Below, in pieces: positions 47,537 through 58,078 of a stretch of 64,000 nt of DNA. The stretch spans positions 582,816 to 646,815 of the forward strand of contig JAPDJW010000002.1 of NCBI GenBank assembly GCA_029258885.1, in the 5' to 3' direction. The notes below the pieces were generated by a model, which saw only the letters and a list, made by a program, of their open reading frames with translations, did not search any database and was not told the DNA's origin. Made by a program: the position numbers and the translations under genes. Numbering within the stretch: the stretch's first letter is position 1; every line of letters begins with the position of its first letter. Source of the stretch: Thermoproteota archaeon. Its GTDB lineage: Archaea > Thermoproteota > Thermoprotei > Thermofilales > B9-G17.

Positions 47537-47928
47537 TATTTGATACAAGGTTTTTGATCGCACATACATTTCCCCCAAGCATGGAGCATAGGAGGCTTAT
47601 ATCCAGCTTTTTATCCAGAATTATAGGGGAGGAGCTATATATTCCCTCAATCGTAATTGTAGAGTATATAAGGGTCGTTGGCAGGAGAATAGGCATAGAT
47701 GCCGCCGAGACGAGGATAAGGTCGTGGATAAACAGTGGAGTGAGGCTAATTACATTGGATTACGATACATCGATGGAGGCAGGAGAGCTGTCGGCTAAAT
47801 ATCCCTTCATCCCAATGGCAGACATAATTATAACTACTTTAGCGAGGAAGATTAAAGCAAGAGTAGTAACCGACGATAAGCATTTTCAGACGCTTGGGAT
47901 AAAGACCATATGGTATACGCTTAGGTAA
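47527..47928 (+). CDS. vapC: PIN-domain toxin (VapC)
   Basis: Motifs FDTRF, VEY, ADII and TDDKHF. Confidence 0.88.
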   Translation: MALVFDTRFLIAHTFPPSMEHRRLISSFLSRIIGEELYIPSIVIVEYIRVVGRRIGIDAAETRIRSWINSGVRLITLDYDTSMEAGELSAKYPFIPMADIIITTLARKIKARVVTDDKHFQTLGIKTIWYTLR

Positions 47929-47981
47929 CCTAAGTTTAATACTTATAAGCTTTATCCTTATAGAATAGCTGGTGAAATATT

Positions 47982-48491
47982 TTGAGCGAGCTACTGCTTC
48001 CATATCCCTACTCGAGAGGCGGATTGTATATGCGCTTAATAGGTACTATATGTATCACGTTATTATCCTTTTATCTGCTTTTCAATACGTCAATTATTGA
48101 GTTCATCATAAGTTATCTACTGGCATTTCCTTTAACATACCTATTCTTCACCTTAAGGAGTTTCACGAGAACGAAGAGGATGTTGAGGAGTCTGTCTAGA
48201 AACGGTAGATATGTTCTCTCGAGGCGTAAGGAGACAGGGTACTATAGGTTTTTCTTAACGCTATTAATAGTAACGATAGCGCCTTTCATTCTAATAGCTA
48301 TTCATCCGGTAATAGCCCTAGGCTTTATACTAGGCTTTCTTTGCGGACATGGCTTCTCCGAATTAACACATTACGCTTACGTTAAAAGTGTAGAGAGTGA
48401 GCTTGGAGGTAAACTATACTATTTCATATCGGAACAGGATGTAGAAGGCTATTTCTATACAGGCGTTAGAGTTCTGAAGCATAAATATTAA
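47982..48491 (+). CDS. 4-TM membrane protein
   Basis: Two TM hairpins separated by a basic loop. Confidence 0.6.
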   Translation: MSELLLPYPYSRGGLYMRLIGTICITLLSFYLLFNTSIIEFIISYLLAFPLTYLFFTLRSFTRTKRMLRSLSRNGRYVLSRRKETGYYRFFLTLLIVTIAPFILIAIHPVIALGFILGFLCGHGFSELTHYAYVKSVESELGGKLYYFISEQDVEGYFYTGVRVLKHKY

Positions 48492-48954
48492 ATTCGTGAG
48501 TGAATGTAACGGGAGTATTGCCGAAGCGAGTCTTAATGTATACGTCAAGCACTATAGTAACTTTAACAGTATTATTAACTATGTTACGTTTAAGCTTAAA
48601 TTCAGGGACTTCAAGTTTAACTGTCCTGATTTTCTCTGCCCCTGGAGCTAGAACTAGAGGAGAACCATAAAAGTTTTCGCTATGTGCGCGTGCAATTTCA
48701 CTTCTAAAGTATATTTTATATATAATCATGGTAACTTCAAGCTTCTTAACTCCTTCATTAAGTATTCCTAAGGATATGCTTAGATAGAGTTTATCTCCCT
48801 CACGACAAATAGATGAGTTGTAGAACTTAACTTCAAGCTTTCTTATAGAGCTTATCCTCATACTGTAGTCACAATACTCATACATTAAAAGTATAACTAA
48901 CGACAAAGATATGGCTAGGTATAGTCCAAATACTATCTGAGTAGACTTCATCAT
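48466..48954 (-). CDS. Membrane-anchored single beta-sandwich protein (LEA_2-like)
   Basis: N-terminal TM; LSISLGILNEG..VLAPG pattern; co-oriented with the opp operon. Confidence 0.55.
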   Translation of the reverse strand: MMKSTQIVFGLYLAISLSLVILLMYEYCDYSMRISSIRKLEVKFYNSSICREGDKLYLSISLGILNEGVKKLEVTMIIYKIYFRSEIARAHSENFYGSPLVLAPGAEKIRTVKLEVPEFKLKRNIVNNTVKVTIVLDVYIKTRFGNTPVTFTHEFNIYASEL

Positions 48955-48961
48955 TATCCCT

Positions 48962-49351
48962 TCAACGCTGTGACAAGTATATTCCCAGTGGTATAAATAT
49001 TGCTGATATAGGGAATATTATAAACGCAATATATGTCACAGTATTTCTAAGAACAAATATCGTAACTAGCTCGGCCGCCAGGTTACCAATGAAGACTTCA
49101 ATAGGATACCTTACCAAAATTATTGTTATAAAGATTGAAGCCACAACGGACGCCACATATCCTAGAAAGGCCTGCCTTAAGTTTTCTGCCAGATATCCAT
49201 AAAGCATGGATATTAATCCGAAAAAGAGAGCATAAATAAATGAGTCCACGTTAATTCTGCCTGTAAACACGTGTTGAAATAAGACGTATGTAAGCGATAG
49301 AGTATAAAGCAAATTTATAAGTATAAAACGTACAATATTTTTTACTCGCAT
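48962..49351 (-). CDS. 4-TM membrane protein
   Basis: 129 aa, hydrophobic; starts 1 nt after the oppC stop. Confidence 0.6.
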   Translation of the reverse strand: MRVKNIVRFILINLLYTLSLTYVLFQHVFTGRINVDSFIYALFFGLISMLYGYLAENLRQAFLGYVASVVASIFITIILVRYPIEVFIGNLAAELVTIFVLRNTVTYIAFIIFPISAIFIPLGIYLSQR

Positions 49352-49352
49352 T

Positions 49353-50801
49353 TTAACGCCTTACTCTAAGCTTTGGATTTAATATCTCGTCAAGGGCGTG
49401 TCCCAGTAACACGAAGGCTAATGCTAGGAAGGTTATAGCCAGCCCCGGAGGAATAATCCACCACCACATAAATCGGAAGAACGCTCCAGCATACCTTGCA
49501 CTATACAACATTCTACCCCAAGATGGAACCGATGGATCACCTAAGTTCAGGAAGCTCAACGTTGCCTCCAGTAGTATTGCGCCCGGGACTCTCATGACTA
49601 GAGTTATATAGATTATCGGTGTCAATTGCGGCAAGATATGCCTAAAGATGATATACATATCTGATGCTCCTATGGCTTTAGCCGATTCAACGTACATGCT
49701 ATCTCTAATAGACATAACGTATGCACGAGTATTTCTGGCGAATCCCATCCAGCTGAAGAGCGCTATGAGTGCTATTTCTAGATACAGACTTTTTCCTATG
49801 AAGACGCTTACCGCTATGATTAATGGGAGTATTGGAGTGAACAGCAATGTATCGGTGAAGTACATTAATATCTGGTCTACTATCCCGCCTTTATATCCGG
49901 CTATAATTCCCACAACTAGGCCCACGGACACCGATATTACTGAAGCTAATACGCCGACAAGTAATGATACTCTCGTTCCATATATTAGGTTTGAGAATAT
50001 ATCGCATCCTAGGTTATCGGTGCCTAAGACGCCGTAGAGTCTCCCATATACTCTAAACTGTTTTACTCCTAGTGTGACTTCAATTCTTCCACTTCCCTTA
50101 GCGGTGAGTATGAATACTTTAAGCTGAAGCCTATACTCTCCTTTTTCATTGAGTATTTTCTCTCCTAAGTCGTCGTGAGGTGAGAAGCCAAGCTTAAGCT
50201 TAAGATATAAGTCCCTAGCATCGTATGATGCTGGTGTTTCGAGGCGGGATAGATTGTAGGCTATTGACATGCTATCGTAGAGCTCGTACATTCTACCCTT
50301 TGGAGTTATAATGTAGCACTTTATTCTAATGTAGCTCCCGGTGGCGTTATAAATGGCTACCCTGAAGGGTATTCTACCGCTAAATCTCTTAGGTGGATCG
50401 TAGGTGTAGGTGAATGTATATTCAAGTGTGATGGTTCTAGTCTCTATTCTATCACTACAGTGTGCTGTTATAATGGTGTATTCCCCGTCTCCGTTTATGG
50501 ATATGTCTTCACTGGCATCCTTAACAAGCCAGTCGTTATAGCCGATATTTATGAAGACGTTTCTCGGGAGGTTGCTGTATTCAGGAAATATCGAGAACCA
50601 TTCGGGATAGGCGTAGCTATCGGCTAGACCAGGTTCGTTAGGATCGACAGGGGCTATTATGGGAGCAAAAATAGCTACAAAAATATATATGATTAGTATT
50701 CCCAATCCGAGTAAACCTGTCTTATATAGCTTAAGCTCCAGTAGGAAGTCCTTAAGGGCCATAAGTTTCTCGGATCTGACAGTACTCTTCAATTCTATCA
50801 C
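49353..50801 (-). CDS. oppC: Oligopeptide ABC permease OppC/DppC with a large extracellular insertion
   Basis: Motifs LGTDNLGCD, GTRVSL, ESAKAIGASD..IFRHILP, LSFLNLG and PSWG. Confidence 0.9.
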   Translation of the reverse strand: MIELKSTVRSEKLMALKDFLLELKLYKTGLLGLGILIIYIFVAIFAPIIAPVDPNEPGLADSYAYPEWFSIFPEYSNLPRNVFINIGYNDWLVKDASEDISINGDGEYTIITAHCSDRIETRTITLEYTFTYTYDPPKRFSGRIPFRVAIYNATGSYIRIKCYIITPKGRMYELYDSMSIAYNLSRLETPASYDARDLYLKLKLGFSPHDDLGEKILNEKGEYRLQLKVFILTAKGSGRIEVTLGVKQFRVYGRLYGVLGTDNLGCDIFSNLIYGTRVSLLVGVLASVISVSVGLVVGIIAGYKGGIVDQILMYFTDTLLFTPILPLIIAVSVFIGKSLYLEIALIALFSWMGFARNTRAYVMSIRDSMYVESAKAIGASDMYIIFRHILPQLTPIIYITLVMRVPGAILLEATLSFLNLGDPSVPSWGRMLYSARYAGAFFRFMWWWIIPPGLAITFLALAFVLLGHALDEILNPKLRVRR

Positions 50802-51796
50802 CTCAATCTAACCCTTGGATCTAATAGTGCTATAACTATATCCGCTATGTAGAGAGATATAACTGTCAACACTACCTGTATGAAGAGCACAGCTTGAACT
50901 ACTGGATAATCGAATTGAGTAGCTGCATCGAAAAGCCACCTGCCCACGCCATACCAGGAGAAGACAGTTTCGGTGATAACAGCACCAGATATTATTCCGG
51001 GAAACTCTAGCGCAAGTATCGTAATTACTGGTGCAAGTACGTTCCTTAAAACATGCTTAAGCATAACTTCTCTCTCAGTTAGACCCTTAGCTCTAGCCGT
51101 TATCACGTAGTCCTCTCCAAGCTGAGTTAAGAATAAGTTTCTTATGAAAAGCGCGAAGCCTCCAACGCTTGTTACAAGCAATGCAGTTAACGGTAGAGCC
51201 ATATGCCATAGTAGGTCGGCCACGTATCTGACGGGATCCCTTGGGGGAGGTCTAGAAATTGAACCAGCTATTGGGAACCACTTTAGGTAGAATCCGAATA
51301 CTAATAATAGAAGTAGTCCGACGTAGAAGAGCGGAAACGCGCTTATAAATATACTGGAGCCTATAACTGATGCATCAAATCTAGTCCCCCTCTTGGATAC
51401 AGCAATAATGCCTATTATAAGTCCAAGAATTATGGTTAATACGGTTGAAGTACCTAATAGCAGAACCGTATTTGGCAATCTTTCCATAAGCTCAGAGTAT
51501 ACGGGTCTTCTGGTATAGAACGAGAAGCCGAGCTGACCCGTGAATAGTGAAAGCACATACTTAACGAACTGTGATAAAAGTGGTTCGTCAAGACCGAACT
51601 GCCGCCTAATAATTTCCTTCTGTTCCTCAGTTAAGTTAGGGTTTAGGAAGAAGAACGAAGGATCTATGCCTAGCACATAGTATGGTAGGACCCTTAAAAG
51701 GAGGAATTGAAGTGTTAGGGATGATATAACGACAGCGGCTCTATCAACAGCTCTTTTTCCCATGTATTTGAGTAGCCCACTCCCACGTGCGCTCAT
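50798..51796 (-). CDS. oppB: Oligopeptide ABC permease OppB/DppB
   Basis: Motifs FGLDEP, GQLGFS, DYVITARAKGL, ETVFSWYGVG and DYPV. Confidence 0.92.
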   Translation of the reverse strand: MSARGSGLLKYMGKRAVDRAAVVISSLTLQFLLLRVLPYYVLGIDPSFFFLNPNLTEEQKEIIRRQFGLDEPLLSQFVKYVLSLFTGQLGFSFYTRRPVYSELMERLPNTVLLLGTSTVLTIILGLIIGIIAVSKRGTRFDASVIGSSIFISAFPLFYVGLLLLLVFGFYLKWFPIAGSISRPPPRDPVRYVADLLWHMALPLTALLVTSVGGFALFIRNLFLTQLGEDYVITARAKGLTEREVMLKHVLRNVLAPVITILALEFPGIISGAVITETVFSWYGVGRWLFDAATQFDYPVVQAVLFIQVVLTVISLYIADIVIALLDPRVRLR

Positions 51797-51860
51797 ACTA
51801 TCAACTCTGAGTAGTGATATAGGATATTGGAAATTAAAAAATTAAGGAGTTATTTAAAAA

Positions 51861-54047
51861 TTATTTTGTTTCGGTCTCTTCTCCTTCCTTTTTAATCTCA
51901 GCTTCTTCCTTAGGCTTTAATTCAGGAAGCTCTTCCTCCTCTACTTTCTTCTTCTTTTTCAGTAGTAGCACTATTACTAAGACTATTACTACAACGATAA
52001 CTAGAGCTATGTACGGCAAGTACTTCTGCCATAGAGGTAAAACAGTTATAGATACCGTAATAGTTCTCTTTAGCTGACCTATACCTATGCTCTGTACAGC
52101 TGTGACTCTGAGATCATAGTCTCCCTCAAGTCCTCCTGTATCTATTTCAGCAGTATAGGTTCCTCCTCCTACGTGGGTTGCAGCAACAGATTTAGCTACC
52201 TCCCCGTCCTTAACAAGCTCTATTGTGACGGTTGCATTGGTAACTATGTTGCCAAGGTAGTCTTTAACATTTATCTCCACGGCGAGCTTATCGCCTGAAT
52301 ATAGGGTTTCATCGTACTTAGTTAATGTTATGCTTAATGTTTTCTCTGGATGTCTCTTCCAGTAGTTTACGTTCCACGTAAGTAGTATGTATTCGCCCAA
52401 CTTTCTCTCCTTAAATATAAATGGTCCTGTTCCAATGAGGCATGTTAACCCTGGAACTGATGGATGCTCAACCTTGCTTGGATCCCATGACTCCCATCCA
52501 CCGTGCTCCTCCAGTAGCGTTGTATTGCCCCATATATGCTTCGGAACTATTGGCACGTTGAGGTCATATAGATACGCCCAGCTTGTGCTGTTAATATATA
52601 CTGCAATGGTATAGTCGTCTATAACTTCAGTCTTAAACATGCTCTCGAATGCCTTAGCGTATCCCTGCCTAGGCTTATTCTCTTTAATGAACCAGAACGT
52701 GAAATTCACGTCGTAAGCTGTAAATGGTACGCCATCATGCCAGGTTGCATTCTTAACTAGGTAGAAGGTTATTTTCATGCCCTTAGATCCGTCAACATCT
52801 ATCTCCTCCATAGTCCATTTCTCGGCAAGCCATGGATAATCTGCTGAGACTTCGTCCGGATTGGCGATGAAAAGTGTCTCGTATACCATGTCAAGTACCT
52901 GCCATTCGTCGCCAGTTAATGCTACGAATGGATTAAGTATTCTCGGGTCAGATCCAAGCGCTTCTCTAAATCTGCCACCTAGCGGCTGTGGTATTCTGTG
53001 TATATCCAGTAGGGTGAGGTAGTTCTGGCCGCCAACAGGCTTATTCAGTACTACGCCTGCAATATCTGTTCTGAAACCTACGTTACCACGTCCCATATAT
53101 ATGGGTATGTATGGAAGTAGCTCAGCAACCTTCTCCTGGGCTTTCCACAGCCAATACTGTGCCTCAGTAATGTTCGTAGTGTAGTAGAATTTCTCTAGAT
53201 ATTCATCAAGTTCAGGGTCACTTATGCCCCAGAAGTTCCATGAGCCACCTGTTCTAAATAATTCGTAGGCTAGTGTTGGTACTCTACTCCACCCTAGGTA
53301 TAAGATGAACGACTTAAATGTTCCAGCGAATATCTGAGAGACCAGTGCCTGGAACTCTATAGCCTCAACCTCAAGTGGGAGACCTATATCCTTAGCATCC
53401 TTAACTATGTGTTGTGCCTCCTGGAATAGCCATGGAGCCTGCTCAGCTGGAGGTACTTGAATGTAGAATGTAGGTAGCTCATTTCCATTTGGGTCATACC
53501 ACTTGTTTGCCTGTTCATCATAGGTAAATCCGGCATCAAGTAGCTTCTGTTTAGCTAGCTCTTTACTATATGGATAGGATGGTACGTTGGGATTAGACCA
53601 TGCACCAAATGCTGGTGGGATAGGGGATTCTGTCGGATATCCGAATCCCTGAAATACCTCCCTTATAATCCATTCTCTATCTATTAAATGCGCGACTGCC
53701 TGCCTTATTGCGGTGTAGTTCCATGGATACTGCTTACAGTTTATTCCAAGGAACTGCAGGTTAAATGTCTGGTATGATAGGATATATATGTTGGGATCAT
53801 CTTTAACTTCCTCAAGCCTTGTAGCCTGAATGTACGCAGTATCGATATCGCCTGCCTTAAATGCCATCAATTCAGCATCATAGTCAGTAATTATTAGATA
53901 CAGGTATTCGTCAACTCTAGGTCCATAAGGTTCCCACTGCCAGTTTTCCTGCTCAGTTGGAACAGGGGCTGCATCAATTTTGGGTATTAGAAGTAGGGAT
54001 GGCGCCAGCAATACTAATATTACCAATATTGAATATATCTTCTTCAT
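51861..54047 (-). CDS. oppA: Oligopeptide ABC substrate-binding protein OppA/DppA with C-terminal Ig-like domain, TM anchor and charged tail
   Basis: Motifs WHDGVPFTAYDVNFT, IGTGPF and IRQAVAHLIDR; signal peptide; C-terminal TM followed by KKKKK and an acidic tail. Confidence 0.9.
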   Translation of the reverse strand: MKKIYSILVILVLLAPSLLLIPKIDAAPVPTEQENWQWEPYGPRVDEYLYLIITDYDAELMAFKAGDIDTAYIQATRLEEVKDDPNIYILSYQTFNLQFLGINCKQYPWNYTAIRQAVAHLIDREWIIREVFQGFGYPTESPIPPAFGAWSNPNVPSYPYSKELAKQKLLDAGFTYDEQANKWYDPNGNELPTFYIQVPPAEQAPWLFQEAQHIVKDAKDIGLPLEVEAIEFQALVSQIFAGTFKSFILYLGWSRVPTLAYELFRTGGSWNFWGISDPELDEYLEKFYYTTNITEAQYWLWKAQEKVAELLPYIPIYMGRGNVGFRTDIAGVVLNKPVGGQNYLTLLDIHRIPQPLGGRFREALGSDPRILNPFVALTGDEWQVLDMVYETLFIANPDEVSADYPWLAEKWTMEEIDVDGSKGMKITFYLVKNATWHDGVPFTAYDVNFTFWFIKENKPRQGYAKAFESMFKTEVIDDYTIAVYINSTSWAYLYDLNVPIVPKHIWGNTTLLEEHGGWESWDPSKVEHPSVPGLTCLIGTGPFIFKERKLGEYILLTWNVNYWKRHPEKTLSITLTKYDETLYSGDKLAVEINVKDYLGNIVTNATVTIELVKDGEVAKSVAATHVGGGTYTAEIDTGGLEGDYDLRVTAVQSIGIGQLKRTITVSITVLPLWQKYLPYIALVIVVVIVLVIVLLLKKKKKVEEEELPELKPKEEAEIKKEGEETETK

Positions 54048-54178
54048 TTACCCACCCGATTAATTTTCTTTAATACTACTCTCTATGACCTTATAAAACT
54101 TTCTACTTTAAGCAAAATATTTCCAAAGGTATTTACTGTGAAGCAGGAGCAAGCTTAACTTAAAATAACGTTAAACAA

Positions 54179-55174
54179 TTATTTAAAAAGATGGCATGCA
54201 ACAAAGTGATTATTTGATACTTCCTCTAGTAGCGGCTCCTTTTCCCTACAAATTCTCGTGGCATAAATGCACCTTGGGTGGAACCTACATCCTCTAGGAA
54301 TATTTATTGGTGATGTCACCTCGCCCTTTATTGGTATTTCGCCTATCTTATCCCTGGGATCGGGAGTCGGCACAGCCGAAATTAGGGCCTTAGTATAGGG
54401 GTGATATGGATTATCTATAACTTCCTCAGCTGGGCCAAGTTCAACTATCTTCCCCAGATACATAATACCTATTCTATCGCAGATATACTTTGCAACAGCT
54501 AGATCATGCGTTATAAATAGGTAAGTTAAGCCGTGTTCCTCTCTAAGCCTAAGCATTAGATTTAATATTTCGGCTCTAATTGACATGTCAAGCATAGACA
54601 CCGGTTCATCAGCCACTATAAATTCTGGATTTAACACTAGTGCTCTGGCGATAGCAACTCTCTGTCTTTGTCCACCACTTAGCTCGTGTGGACGCCTATA
54701 TATGAAGCTTTCAGGAGGCTTTAATTCAACGTCTTCGAGGGCTTTCAGAACCCTTTCATACCTCTCGCTTTTATCCCCTATCTTATGTATCCTTAGCGGC
54801 TCCTCAACTATATCGTGCACTGTCATTCTCGGGTTAAGCGACTCATACGGGTCCTGGAATATAATTTGTGCTTTCCTTCTAAACTCCTTTAGCTTTTCAT
54901 AATCGTACTCTAAGACGTTTTCTCCCTTAAAGAAGACTTTACCTGCCGTAGGCTCAATTAGCCTGAGGATCGTTCTCCCGGTGGTTGTCTTTCCGCATCC
55001 CGACTCTCCTGCTAAACAGAAAATCTCTTTTCTATGTATCTTAAACGTCACGCCATCAACTGCTCTAACGTAGAGCTTAGGCTTTCTCCTAATTACATCC
55101 AGTATACCCGCTCTCACAGGGAAATATTTCTTTAAATTTATAGCTTCAACCACTGGCTGAACCAAATGCAACAC
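54179..55174 (-). CDS. oppF: Oligopeptide ABC ATPase OppF/DppF
   Basis: Motifs GESGCGKTT, LSGGQRQR, HPYTKAL and GCRFHPRC. Confidence 0.92.
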   Translation of the reverse strand: MLHLVQPVVEAINLKKYFPVRAGILDVIRRKPKLYVRAVDGVTFKIHRKEIFCLAGESGCGKTTTGRTILRLIEPTAGKVFFKGENVLEYDYEKLKEFRRKAQIIFQDPYESLNPRMTVHDIVEEPLRIHKIGDKSERYERVLKALEDVELKPPESFIYRRPHELSGGQRQRVAIARALVLNPEFIVADEPVSMLDMSIRAEILNLMLRLREEHGLTYLFITHDLAVAKYICDRIGIMYLGKIVELGPAEEVIDNPYHPYTKALISAVPTPDPRDKIGEIPIKGEVTSPINIPRGCRFHPRCIYATRICREKEPLLEEVSNNHFVACHLFK

Positions 55175-56138
55175 CCCTCAGCTCTTCGAACCTATGACAT
55201 TTAACAAAGTGATGAGTTGAAACCATCGTGAATTCGGGCTCCTCTCTAGAGCATGTTTCTATCCTAAACGGACATCTCGAGTGGAACCTGCATCCAGGGG
55301 GAGGTCTGAGGAGGTTTGGAGGAGCGCCAGCTATTGATTGAAGCTTCCTTCTCTTCCCTTTAATGCTTGGAACTGAGGAGAGAAGGGCTTTAGTGTATGG
55401 GTGTAACGGATTAGTGAATATTTCAACTATATCCCCATACTCGACTATTTGGCCAGCATACATTATAGCTATCTTATCACTCAGCTCACTTACCATCGAT
55501 ATATCATGGGAAATTAATATTACGGAGAGCTTAAACCTTCTTTGAATATCCTTTATCAGCTTAAGTATCTGTGCTTGAACTATTACGTCAAGAGCAGTTG
55601 TAGGCTCATCCGCTATTACTATGTCGGGATTCAGGGCTAAAGCCATTGCTATCATTGCCCTCTGGCGCATGCCCCCGCTAAACTCGAAGGGGTAGCTGTT
55701 TGCTCTAGAGGGATCTATACCGACCATCTCCAGTAGCTCTCTAACCCTCCTCATAGCGGTCTTCTTACTAACCCTTTTATGGATCATTATGGCCTCGGCT
55801 ATCTGATCACCAACCTTTATAACCGGATTTAAAGCGTTCATGGCGCCCTGGAAGACCATTGATATACGTTTCCACCTAATCTCCTTCCTAAACTTCTCCA
55901 AATCCATCTTTAGGATGTCTACGCCGTCTAACAGTATCCTTCCACTATATATTTTGGCGTTTATAGGAAGTATCCTCAGAATGGTTATAGCTAGGCTGCT
56001 TTTACCACAGCCGGATTCCCCGACGATGCCTAAAGTTTCGCCGCGGTCAAGAGAGAATGATACCCCATCCACGGCCTTAACATGACCCTTACCCAGTATC
56101 TCATAGTACATTCTCAGGTTTTCAACTTCGAGCAGCAT
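55146..56138 (-). CDS. oppD: Oligopeptide ABC ATPase OppD/DppD
   Basis: Motifs [25 protein letters not shown] and GCRFHSRC. Confidence 0.92.
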   Translation of the reverse strand: MLLEVENLRMYYEILGKGHVKAVDGVSFSLDRGETLGIVGESGCGKSSLAITILRILPINAKIYSGRILLDGVDILKMDLEKFRKEIRWKRISMVFQGAMNALNPVIKVGDQIAEAIMIHKRVSKKTAMRRVRELLEMVGIDPSRANSYPFEFSGGMRQRAMIAMALALNPDIVIADEPTTALDVIVQAQILKLIKDIQRRFKLSVILISHDISMVSELSDKIAIMYAGQIVEYGDIVEIFTNPLHPYTKALLSSVPSIKGKRRKLQSIAGAPPNLLRPPPGCRFHSRCPFRIETCSREEPEFTMVSTHHFVKCHRFEELRGVAFGSASG

Positions 56139-56293
56139 CTAATCACGTATCGCTAGTTGTAACTTAGTTTTCTTTAAACAATTTTCCTAATATATTTAAC
56201 TTTACTCTTAATCCCTATTTTACACGTATTATTCGGTCGTGCTTAAAGATATAAACTTTAAAATATTATTATTCTAAGGAACCTTGAGGTGGT

Positions 56294-57106
56294 ATGGTGG
56301 AGCTTAAACTTGTCGAGACATTTTTCAAGAAGAAACCAGGCGGATTCTTCGTAATTCCCGAAAGCGAGCCAACGTTCTCGGCGGCGTTGGCTACCGATTT
56401 CCTCATAGAGTATTTAGGATTAAAGGAAATTGGCTACATTAAAATACTGGATAGACCATTAACGATATATGTTGTTGACGGATCATTTAAGCATGCACTA
56501 AGGATCTTCGGTAGGGAGGATCTAAATCTCGCCGTTTTAAGGCTGTATCATGTGGACGTACCTAAAGGGGAGATTGGATCCTTTTATGCTCATTTAAGCA
56601 GGATACTGATGGAGTGGATCGAGAGAAGTGAAATAGAAACTCTTCTCGTATTAGGAACAATGTATCCGGTTGAGGAGAAAGAGAGCGGCGATGTCTGGAT
56701 AGCTACTGAGGACTGGCTTCGCGAGAAATATAGTAAATATGGCTTTAAACCACTACCCTCGACAACTATTTCGGGGTTAGCTGCAAATATGCTGGAGGAG
56801 TGTTTAGTGAAGAGAATCGATGGAATATATCTGGCAGCGGAGTCCGAGGTCTACAGGCTGGTATCTGAGCTAGGCAAGAAGATTAGTGAGGGAACTTTAA
56901 AACAATCGCAGGCATTCGAGTATCTTGGAAGGGTTATTCCGGATGTTAGGGCAGCCACGCTTCTAGTGGAGGCTGTATCGAAAATACTTGGATTAAAAGT
57001 TGATGTTAAAAAACTTATGGAGGTTAGGGATTCATACAATAGGCTTTATACGCAGGTAATGGAAAAAATTAGGGCTGCAAGGACTGTTCCGGTCTTTGTA
57101 GGATAG
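56294..57106 (+). CDS. PAC2-family (proteasome assembly chaperone-like, PbaA/B) protein
   Basis: PAC2 pattern: ALATDFLIEYLGLKEIG, ISGLAANML, PDVRAATLLVEAVSKILGLKVDVKKL. Confidence 0.7.
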   Translation: MVELKLVETFFKKKPGGFFVIPESEPTFSAALATDFLIEYLGLKEIGYIKILDRPLTIYVVDGSFKHALRIFGREDLNLAVLRLYHVDVPKGEIGSFYAHLSRILMEWIERSEIETLLVLGTMYPVEEKESGDVWIATEDWLREKYSKYGFKPLPSTTISGLAANMLEECLVKRIDGIYLAAESEVYRLVSELGKKISEGTLKQSQAFEYLGRVIPDVRAATLLVEAVSKILGLKVDVKKLMEVRDSYNRLYTQVMEKIRAARTVPVFVG

Positions 57107-57107
57107 C

Positions 57108-57800
57108 CTACCTTCTAGCTCTTTTTATAATTGTATCGCCGATCTTAATTCCAAGCGGAATGACTAGATATTTTGCGCCCTTACGTTCTCTAGGTAACTT
57201 TACGACGAATCCCCTGATAGTGACGTCGGTATTTGGCGATATATAGTCCCTCCAATCCACCTCTGTACCGTTTTCAGATACCCATTTACCTTTCATAACA
57301 ACTAGCCCCGTAATGTTGCCCTTAGTAACTATGATGTAGTTATCCCCAATCTCGGATACAGTAGCGTTGAATGTAGCCTTCCTAGCATGGCTTCTAATCC
57401 ACCTATAGATTCTCCTCCTAATCAGCTTGACCAACCTAGCCCTATATATGGTGAAGTTATCGGCCTTAATCACTAGAGCTACGGGCACGCTCCTATTGTT
57501 AGCCCTAACAACAGTGGCTAACACCCTAATCTCCATGCCATCGTTGAACAGATCCTTAATTTCGCTCCAATTATATACCTCCCTATCCTTAACCCATTTC
57601 CCGCCACAGAACAGCGGTATGCTCCTATTTATCCTCTCAACATACACCTTCAGCCCTTTATCTCCAACCTTCTCCACGACACCCGAAAACCTGACTGTTC
57701 TTCTAACTATCTTCGGTTTAGCCTCAACTGCTATCGTGAATACGGATGCAATGCTTAATGCAACTATTATTACCAGCAGTATACCTAATATCCTGTTCAT
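57108..57800 (-). CDS. Secreted basic protein with two OB-fold-like (DUF5666-like) repeats
   Basis: Signal peptide; internal repeat F.G.V.xxGD...GKWV...W...(D/E)(I/V)xxR. Confidence 0.6.
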   Translation of the reverse strand: MNRILGILLVIIVALSIASVFTIAVEAKPKIVRRTVRFSGVVEKVGDKGLKVYVERINRSIPLFCGGKWVKDREVYNWSEIKDLFNDGMEIRVLATVVRANNRSVPVALVIKADNFTIYRARLVKLIRRRIYRWIRSHARKATFNATVSEIGDNYIIVTKGNITGLVVMKGKWVSENGTEVDWRDYISPNTDVTIRGFVVKLPRERKGAKYLVIPLGIKIGDTIIKRARR

Positions 57801-58078
57801 TCGACCACCAAATACCCTGATGGGGGGTATTTAAATAAAGGTTATGTACTTATCGTACATATCGTGGGAAAGCCTAAACATCTAAAGATATCGAAAATTA
57901 GCCTAAGGTTAGTGTGTGTCTCAACAGCTGAAATCGCCACTTGGTATATCTGACCGGCATCGAGCTTAGGAACTTTTGCACAATTCAGATAGTAAAATAA
58001 GGCTAAGGGACTAGGGATGAGATAGTTGTTTCAGAAATTAGTGATAGCCTCAGAGGGGAGGAAGGGAATAACCCGATT

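Noticed and set aside
57910-57953. Third C/D-box RNA suggested by two CTGA boxes (57928, 57950)
   Set aside because: There is no credible C box (only GTGTGTG) and no C' box between the two CTGA.
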